Positions 57,473-64,000 of a stretch of DNA of 64,000 nt are shown here, one piece after another. The notes under the pieces were generated by a model that was given only the letters and a program-made list of their open reading frames with translations, had not been told where the DNA came from and did not search any database. How positions within the stretch are numbered: the first letter of the stretch is position 1; each line of letters opens with the position of its first letter. The stretch spans positions 39,482 through 103,481 of the forward strand of contig JAIROP010000026.1 in assembly GCA_031257475.1 (NCBI GenBank), written 5' to 3'. The position numbers and the translations under genes were made by a program. The stretch comes from Holosporaceae bacterium (lineage in GTDB: Bacteria > Pseudomonadota > Alphaproteobacteria > UBA3830).

Positions 57473-58086
57473 AGAATGTGCTGGCGGTTTCGGCCTGTCT
57501 TAAGCGCTGCTCCGTAGCCATTTCCTACGGGGGAAATCTATATGAAGTCAATGAACACATTGACGCAGCTGCGAATTTGGTTTGGCTGGCGGATACACTT
57601 GTGAAGTCTAACAAAATAGATCTTGGCAGAATCGACGGAATTATTGCTGCGTCCGGTCCAGGATCATTCACAGGGATTCGCGTGGCTCTGAGTTTTGCCA
57701 AGGGACTTGCCCTGGCTCTGCGGCTACCTGCCACTTCCGTAAGTTACTTCGATATAATTCGCAGTCTCTGCAGTGGAGTGGATTATCAAAATGTTTTAGT
57801 GGCAGTAAAAGGCGAAGGGAATACAGTCTACCTTCAACGTTGTCACCAAGACGGTTCGCCGCTCGTTGCTTTCCAGAAATCCATTGATTCCGTTGAAGTT
57901 CCGTATGGGATTACCCTGGCTGGAGATGCCGCAGAGGAAATCGCCTCCCATCAGGTAAACAAAAATGCTAGGACAATTTGCATTGATGACTTTCGAGATG
58001 CGAAGTATATGCTTAATCTTACTCAGCTAATTACCAGAGAATCACAGATCCACCCCTATTATCTGGCAAAAATATTGGCCTTCTGA
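57469..58086 (+). CDS. tsaB: tRNA threonylcarbamoyladenosine biosynthesis protein TsaB
   Basis: ASGPGSFTGIRVALSFAKGLA motif. ATGA overlap with rnd. Confidence 0.85.
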   Translation: MKNVLAVSACLKRCSVAISYGGNLYEVNEHIDAAANLVWLADTLVKSNKIDLGRIDGIIAASGPGSFTGIRVALSFAKGLALALRLPATSVSYFDIIRSLCSGVDYQNVLVAVKGEGNTVYLQRCHQDGSPLVAFQKSIDSVEVPYGITLAGDAAEEIASHQVNKNARTICIDDFRDAKYMLNLTQLITRESQIHPYYLAKILAF

Positions 58087-58118
58087 TACCCCTTTCTGCC
58101 TGGCAGGAAATTATCTCA

Positions 58119-61100
58119 TTATGCAATACTCTCTTTTCTGCAGAAAATAGCATATCCCACGGGTATAACTATCAAAGTTAAGAGAATTCCGCTTATTCCG
58201 CCAAATACCTGAACAATTCCCATATTTTGGCGACTGACTGCTCCGGCGCCCGTCGCCATCATCAACGGAACAGCGCCAATGACAGTCGATATGCCCGTCA
58301 TGATGATGGGACGTAGACGAAGCTTTGCCGCTGAAATGAGGGCTGCGTCGAATGCCATGCCTTCGTTCCGTAATTGGTTAGCAAATTCCACTATTAATAT
58401 GCCATGCTTAGCAGAAAGTCCTATGAGCATGATCAGCCCTATCTGCGTATATAGATTCATTGTATATCCACATAGCCACAGGGAAAAGATAGCCCCGAAG
58501 GCCCCCAATGGAACTGTAAGCATTACAACGAATGGACTGATAAAACTTTCGAATTGTGCGGCAAGGACAAAATATGACACCAAAACAGCCAGAAAAAATA
58601 CAAAAAGCACGCCTCCTTCTGATTCTTTGTAGTCTTTGGATTGGCCTCGGTAATATATCTGAGCATGTGCTGGCAATTTTTTTCGAACCACGTTTTCCAG
58701 GAATGTTAGAACGTCGCTCAGGGAGTATCCACTGCTGATATTTCCAGATATGGTAATGGCCCTTGATCGATTTTGTCGGCTGAGTTTGCCAGCCTCCCCG
58801 AGTTCTTTGATAGTTATTATATTGTCAAGTGGGACAAGAGTCGACGAACTTAGCGATTTCACATATATGGTGGAAATGTCATCTACGTTGTCACGACTTT
58901 CACGATCTGCTTGCAGAATGACGTCGTACTCCTGTCCACGATCAACGAACGTTGTAATATTTTTGGACCCCAGCATCGCCTCCAGTGTTGCCCCAATTAC
59001 CTGTGCAGAAACACCAAGGTCTCCTGCTCGGTCCTTATCTATATCCACGCGGAATTTAGGGGTTGTTTCCTTGTAATCGCAGCTGATATCTGTAATGCCT
59101 GGGTATTTTTTCGCTTCTTCGAATATTATATCACGCCATTTAGTTAGTTCTACATAGTCATAGCCTCCGATGGCAAGCTGTAGAGCCTGAGATCCTTTGG
59201 AGCCTATTCCCATTGGAACAATTGGAACGGCCGTCACCCCCGGAATTTCTGCTAATTCCTTTCTGAGCTGAGCGATCATTTCAAAGACATCCTGACGCCG
59301 CTTTGCTCTATCTTTCAGCTCTACCATGACAACACCAGAGTTCACTGATCCTTCGGCGTCCTTAAATCCTGGGATTATTGCCAAAATGTTTTTGGCTAAT
59401 TTTTGTTCACGCAATGGATAAATTTTTCTAAGCACTTCCTCCAGATAGCTATTCATGGCATGGAATCCAGTTCCCTCCTGAGCAGTAGCTTTAACCATAA
59501 ATGAGTTCCTATCCTCCAGAGGTTCATATTCACTTGGAATGTATTTAACAAGCAACACTGTGACACCAGTGATTAGCAGAAAACTCACCATGACCAAAAA
59601 TTTATGTTGCAGAAATTTCTTCAGACATTCCTCGTAGACAGTGCGAGCCTTCAGTACCATTGTGTTTATGAATTCATCAAATTTGTTGAATTTTTGGGTA
59701 ATTAGGAACTTGCCGCATAGCATGGGGGTAAGTGTCAGAGCAATGACTCCGGAAAAACTCACCGCTGTGGCAATGGTCACCGAAAACTCATTAAACAGCT
59801 TTCCTGTTTTTCCAGGCAACATACCAATGGGAAGAAACACGGCGAGCAGCACAACCGTTGTGGATATGACGGCGAACAACACCTGGTTGGATCCGTCGAT
59901 GGCAGCATCCATGGGAGATTTTCCTTCATCCAGATGTCGTTGCACGTTTTCCAATACAAGAATGGCATCGTCGACGACTATGCCGATGGCCAGCACCATT
60001 GCCAGTAGAGTCAGCATGTTTATGCTGTAATCCAGTACTTTTAGTACTATGCAAGTTCCAATGATAGAAATAGGAACTGTTATGGTTGGAATCATCGCTG
60101 CTCTAAAGGAACCCATAAACGAAACAACTATCAGAAATACCAGAACCGCGGCGATCAGCATTGTTTCAAAAACTTCCATGATGGATTGCTCAATGAATTC
60201 TGCCTCATCCCTCAATATTTTCAGTTTCATGCCATTGGGCAAGTTTTTCTGTATGTTTTTGATCAGGTTGCGCGTGCTTTTAGATATTGCTATGGCATTG
60301 GCTGTCGACTGTTTGGATATTCCGATGGCAATCATCGGTTCCCGGTTAGCTTCAAAAAAATTCCTATGATTTTTCGGCTCTATGCTAACTCGGGCAACAT
60401 CAGAAATTCTTATGGGATTGTCATTTTCATTCCTGGAAACAATAATTTTTCCGAAATCCTCCGGAGTGTTGTTCTGGCGATTTAACGTGATTGGAAATTC
60501 CTTTTCCATGGACTCTATCCTGCCGGCCGGATATTCAACATTTTCTATGCTGAGGGCTTTCTCCACATCCATGACAGTAACTCCCCGTGACGCCATCTCC
60601 CTTCGATCGAGCCAGATGCGCATGGACTGCTCGCACATCCCCATGATGTCCACGGAAGCTACGCCATCCAGCACCGAGAATCGATCAATAAGGTAGCGAC
60701 TCACATAATCAGATAGTTCCATGGGAGTCTTGTTTGGGTTTGTGATGGAAATCATCATGACTGGCATTCCGCTGGCGTCGAATTTTTTCACAATAGGAAC
60801 ATCGGCACCGTCCGGAAGGATATTTAAAATCCGATTTATGCAATCCCGCACATCATTGGCTGCTGCGTCAAGATTCCGATTTATGGAGAATTCAAGTTGG
60901 ACGCTGGATCGTCCCTCTTTGCTGGTCGACTGTATGTTATCCAGCCCTTCTATTCCTGCCACTGCATTTTCCACTGGTTGTGTAATTTTGTTTTCGATGA
61001 TACTGGAAGATGCGCCAACATAGGTGGTGGAAATTGAAATGGTGGGCACCTCAATATTTGGATACTCCCGAACCGGCAGTTTTACCATGTTTATGTATCC

Positions 61101-61166
61101 AAAGAGAACGATCAGAATCATCAGTACCGTTGTTGCTACCGGTCTGGTAACGAATAACTTACTCAT
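58119..61166 (-). CDS. RND efflux pump inner-membrane permease (AcrB/HAE1 family)
   Basis: 1015 aa, N-terminus FVTRPVATTVLMILIVLFG, 12-TM/two-loop RND architecture. Confidence 0.93.
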   Translation of the reverse strand: MSKLFVTRPVATTVLMILIVLFGYINMVKLPVREYPNIEVPTISISTTYVGASSSIIENKITQPVENAVAGIEGLDNIQSTSKEGRSSVQLEFSINRNLDAAANDVRDCINRILNILPDGADVPIVKKFDASGMPVMMISITNPNKTPMELSDYVSRYLIDRFSVLDGVASVDIMGMCEQSMRIWLDRREMASRGVTVMDVEKALSIENVEYPAGRIESMEKEFPITLNRQNNTPEDFGKIIVSRNENDNPIRISDVARVSIEPKNHRNFFEANREPMIAIGISKQSTANAIAISKSTRNLIKNIQKNLPNGMKLKILRDEAEFIEQSIMEVFETMLIAAVLVFLIVVSFMGSFRAAMIPTITVPISIIGTCIVLKVLDYSINMLTLLAMVLAIGIVVDDAILVLENVQRHLDEGKSPMDAAIDGSNQVLFAVISTTVVLLAVFLPIGMLPGKTGKLFNEFSVTIATAVSFSGVIALTLTPMLCGKFLITQKFNKFDEFINTMVLKARTVYEECLKKFLQHKFLVMVSFLLITGVTVLLVKYIPSEYEPLEDRNSFMVKATAQEGTGFHAMNSYLEEVLRKIYPLREQKLAKNILAIIPGFKDAEGSVNSGVVMVELKDRAKRRQDVFEMIAQLRKELAEIPGVTAVPIVPMGIGSKGSQALQLAIGGYDYVELTKWRDIIFEEAKKYPGITDISCDYKETTPKFRVDIDKDRAGDLGVSAQVIGATLEAMLGSKNITTFVDRGQEYDVILQADRESRDNVDDISTIYVKSLSSSTLVPLDNIITIKELGEAGKLSRQNRSRAITISGNISSGYSLSDVLTFLENVVRKKLPAHAQIYYRGQSKDYKESEGGVLFVFFLAVLVSYFVLAAQFESFISPFVVMLTVPLGAFGAIFSLWLCGYTMNLYTQIGLIMLIGLSAKHGILIVEFANQLRNEGMAFDAALISAAKLRLRPIIMTGISTVIGAVPLMMATGAGAVSRQNMGIVQVFGGISGILLTLIVIPVGYAIFCRKESIA

Positions 61167-62299
61167 TCTTCCTCATTTTTCACCAAAGATCTTTTCATGC
61201 TTTTGATTAATCCATCGGTTTCGTCCTTTACCACAGTGACCACATCTCCGTCAGACAATTTACTGATACCGTCTGAGACTATTTTTTCGCCGACGTTTAG
61301 GCCACTTTCTATCTCCACAAATCCATGGGACCGTTCTCCAATGTCCACATATTTCCGTTTCACGTACTTATTTCTGTTTAGTACGAACACATAATGCCTT
61401 TCACCGATGCTAGCCAGAGCACGTTCTGGAATGCGCAGGATCTCTCTATCCTTTAATTTAAGAGATATTTTTAACATCATCCCGGGCTTCAGCAGATGGT
61501 CTGGGTTATCGACTCGACCTCTCACTGTTATGCTGCGGGAGACGGCTGACACCCGCGGAACCACCGCAAGAATAACTCCTTCGAACTTTTTGTCCTTCAG
61601 AGCAGCGCTTCTGACTGTGATCCGGAGACCATGTTTGAGCAGTAGGCTGTATTTTTCCGGCAGCGCAAAATCCACCTTTATCTTATCTATGTCATCGATG
61701 GTGGTTATGATGCTTCCAGGAGTCAGCAGGGCTCCAACGCTAACTTTACGAATGCCAAGGACTCCGTTGAAAGGCGCCAGGATGCTACTTTCCTTCAAAT
61801 CTGCTTTGATGACGTCGAGTTTGGCCTGGGCGTCGTGCAGTCTGGTTTTTTGCGTGTCATAGTCCTTTGCGGAAACCACATTTTTCTGCTTTAGGATCTC
61901 CAGCCTTTGAAATTCTCTCTCCTGTTCTCTAAGACTAATCTCGGCCTGTTTTTTTTCGGCAGTCTTTTTCTCAATATTCATCTGCACCAAAAGTTGTCCC
62001 TTTTTCACATACTCACAGTCTGAAAAATGGATGGAGTTAACCGCCTGTGTAACATGCGACATGATATCAACTGACTCATTGGATATGGCAGTGCCAATGG
62101 ATTTCAGAACCACAGCTCCCGTTGTTGGGTAAACGGTCATGGTGGAAACCGTTGGAAGCTCCTTTTCCCTGAAATGACGCTTCGATTTCATACTGCTGCG
62201 TGCTAGTAGCATAAACACCACGCCCAGTGCCACCAGAATACCGATCACCAGGTATTTATTCTGCTTTATGATGTTTCTATCGATCATATTTAAACTCAT
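61163..62299 (-). CDS. RND efflux periplasmic adaptor (membrane fusion protein)
   Basis: N-terminal anchor, coiled-coil hairpin, lipoyl and beta-barrel motifs (APFNGVLGIRKVSVG). It overlaps the permease gene by 4 nt. Confidence 0.88.
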   Translation of the reverse strand: MSLNMIDRNIIKQNKYLVIGILVALGVVFMLLARSSMKSKRHFREKELPTVSTMTVYPTTGAVVLKSIGTAISNESVDIMSHVTQAVNSIHFSDCEYVKKGQLLVQMNIEKKTAEKKQAEISLREQEREFQRLEILKQKNVVSAKDYDTQKTRLHDAQAKLDVIKADLKESSILAPFNGVLGIRKVSVGALLTPGSIITTIDDIDKIKVDFALPEKYSLLLKHGLRITVRSAALKDKKFEGVILAVVPRVSAVSRSITVRGRVDNPDHLLKPGMMLKISLKLKDREILRIPERALASIGERHYVFVLNRNKYVKRKYVDIGERSHGFVEIESGLNVGEKIVSDGISKLSDGDVVTVVKDETDGLIKSMKRSLVKNEEE

Positions 62300-62475
62300 C
62301 GTTCTGTGATTTTACTAGAAGCATTCTACCATTTGGTTAACATGATACTAGGGATTGTTTGCAAACCGCCTTTTTCGGTATTTGGGAATCATTTTCCTTT
62401 TCTCAAAATTAATATTATTTTAACTATTTTTTGTCACAATACATCTTCAAGTAGACATACAAGGGGTAAAATATA

Positions 62476-63210
62476 ATGAAATGCTCATTTTTATCAGCGG
62501 TGGTCATAGCCTGTGGCTTGGTGGGATTCGGTTTCTTTTCATTCAAAAGCTTCAGAGACTATGGCGAATTGGTGGAAGTGAAGGGACTGTCAGAGAAAGT
62601 TGTGCGAGCTGACGTGGGAGATGTTTGCATCGTCATATCTGACCGCAACAGTAGCCTGGAAGAGCTGTATAAAAAGCGCACTTTGGATAAGGACAAAGTT
62701 ATTGCTTTTCTGAAAGGCGTCGGAGTCACTGGAGAAGAAATAGTCAATTGCTCCATGAATACAACCGAAGAATGTTGGAATGATGAAATGAAAAAAGCGG
62801 GTTACTCTGAAACTGCAGCCAAAAAGCAGAGATATTTCAAGTCAGAGGATAAAATCAACGTTCGTACCAAAGATCTGGACAAGGTGAACAAAATAAAGGA
62901 GGAATTGGTCAAGCTTTCCTCCGAAGGCACCTTCATAACCTACAGCTATTCCTACCAGCTAACTAACTTTTCGGACATAAAAATTGAAATGATGCGTGAT
63001 GCGTCAGAAAATGCGAAAAAGAATGCCGAGGCTTTCATAGTGCCACATAATCAAAAGATTGGAAAGGTGGTCTATCTGCGTCAAGGAGAAATCACCATTC
63101 GGGCGGAAAGCGAGGACGAAGATACCAACAGATGGGAAAGCTGTGAAAAAACGAGCATAAACAAAAAGCTTAGACTTATAGTGAGAGCTGGCTTCCTCAA
63201 AACCATTTAG
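62476..63210 (+). CDS. SIMPL (DUF541)-like periplasmic protein
   Basis: Signal anchor, about 240 aa. General resemblance to the SIMPL family (…NAKKNAEAFI…GKVVYLRQGEI…). Confidence 0.55.
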   Translation: MKCSFLSAVVIACGLVGFGFFSFKSFRDYGELVEVKGLSEKVVRADVGDVCIVISDRNSSLEELYKKRTLDKDKVIAFLKGVGVTGEEIVNCSMNTTEECWNDEMKKAGYSETAAKKQRYFKSEDKINVRTKDLDKVNKIKEELVKLSSEGTFITYSYSYQLTNFSDIKIEMMRDASENAKKNAEAFIVPHNQKIGKVVYLRQGEITIRAESEDEDTNRWESCEKTSINKKLRLIVRAGFLKTI

Positions 63211-63355
63211 ACACGCGAAACGAGGTCGTTGCCTGATGCGTACTAATCAAGGTTTAATCTGACACAACGACGTATTTTTAGCCTCTCGAATTGTCATATA
63301 AGTACGGACTGTCGGAAGCGTTTTTCTGGTATGCCAATTGATTGAACTTATCAAT

Positions 63356-63443
63356 AACCGTGTTCGTTTATTAGTTTTTGCCAATTTTTGAGTCTCAAGT
63401 TTGAGATGCTCCAAGGCACGAAAAATTATTATCGAACACGATT
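63356..63443 (-). mobile_element. 88-bp MITE-like repeat, copy B (inverted orientation)
   Basis: Its reverse complement matches copies A and C with about 4 mismatches by eye. Confidence 0.8.
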
Positions 63444-63925
63444 ATGCACTTGTTATCCAGTGATTCAAAATTGTCTACACTAAGTGATTGTGCTTCCGAG
63501 CGACTGTCACGGTCACACATTGCTGCTGCTCAACTGCTACCTTGTGATGATGCTGGCGGTGATGAAAGTGGAGCTAAAGGTAGTGGCGGAGCTGCGGCTG
63601 CAACCATAACCATGTTTGATAATAATTTTTCGTGCCTTGGAGCATCTCAAACTTGAGACTCAAAAATTGGCAAAAACTAATAAACGAACATGGTTCATGG
63701 CGGCTGGAGCAGCAAGACTACTATCAAGCACGGCGATCTCAAACCTGAAAATTTCCTTGACACTATCACAGAAACCCTTATCATTCACGACTGTAGTATG
63801 CTCATCGGCCATTGTCGACACCTCACTGATAGTTTTGGTCTTCTTCAATCGCTGATAGAAATTCCTTAATTTATCATCAGCGGGGCCCTCCTCGTCATCG
63901 GGAAGTATCTTGCTTGTGAAAACAT
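63444..63925 (-). pseudogene. Unidentified minus-strand ORF split by MITE copy C
   Basis: The frame …KEIFRFEIAVLDSSLAAPAA runs into copy C and terminates inside it. An Ala/Pro-rich continuation (AAAAPPLPLAPLSSPPASS, stop) lies on the other side, between copies B and C. Confidence 0.3.
63608..63695 (+). mobile_element. 88-bp MITE-like repeat, copy C
   Basis: AACCATGTTTGATAATAA…AAACGAACATGGTT. It interrupts a minus-strand reading frame. Confidence 0.8.
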
Positions 63926-64000
63926 GGATTCTATACTAATAAACCAGAAGGAGGGTGCTACAGGTCAGCGGCTCTGATAGCATGCAGCAAACTTTCAAAC

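Overview
This is an AT-rich, gene-dense bacterial chromosome segment. The conserved genes and gene orders (lon; tRNA-Pro-truB-rpsO-pnp; proS-lolC-lolD-dnaE; rimP-nusA-infB-rbfA; dnaN-recF; pepA-holC) and the TTAA-N7-TTAAC boxes suggest an alphaproteobacterium with a streamlined, probably host-associated genome (Rickettsiales/Holosporales-like). That assignment is inference only. I can support about 55 protein genes and 5 tRNAs. I saw no rRNA and no CRISPR array. Notable content: (1) A translationally coupled tssK-tssL-tssM-tssA type VI secretion module lies at 25.7-33.0 kb. The window holds no tssJ, sheath, tube, spike, baseplate-wedge or ClpV genes, and the TssM is oversized. (2) Directly downstream (33.1-39.2 kb) is a tRNA-rich decay and accessory zone. 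It contains tRNA-Glu, a broken DUF927-type primase/helicase pseudogene, tRNA-Arg, two tandem tRNA-Val paralogs that share a duplicated promoter, an IS1-like transposase stub, a Fic-fold protein with a non-canonical active-site motif, and an orphan cytoplasmic hybrid histidine kinase. (3) An 88-bp MITE-like element occurs three times; two copies form an inverted pair near the window end. (4) There is an orphan lipoprotein secretin with two type IV pilin-like genes. (5) An AT-rich intergenic region at a strand-switch point carries two perfect CtrA-type boxes. (6) prfB carries the classical programmed +1 frameshift. All functional calls rest on motif and family recognition by eye. No similarity searches, folding or statistics were run.
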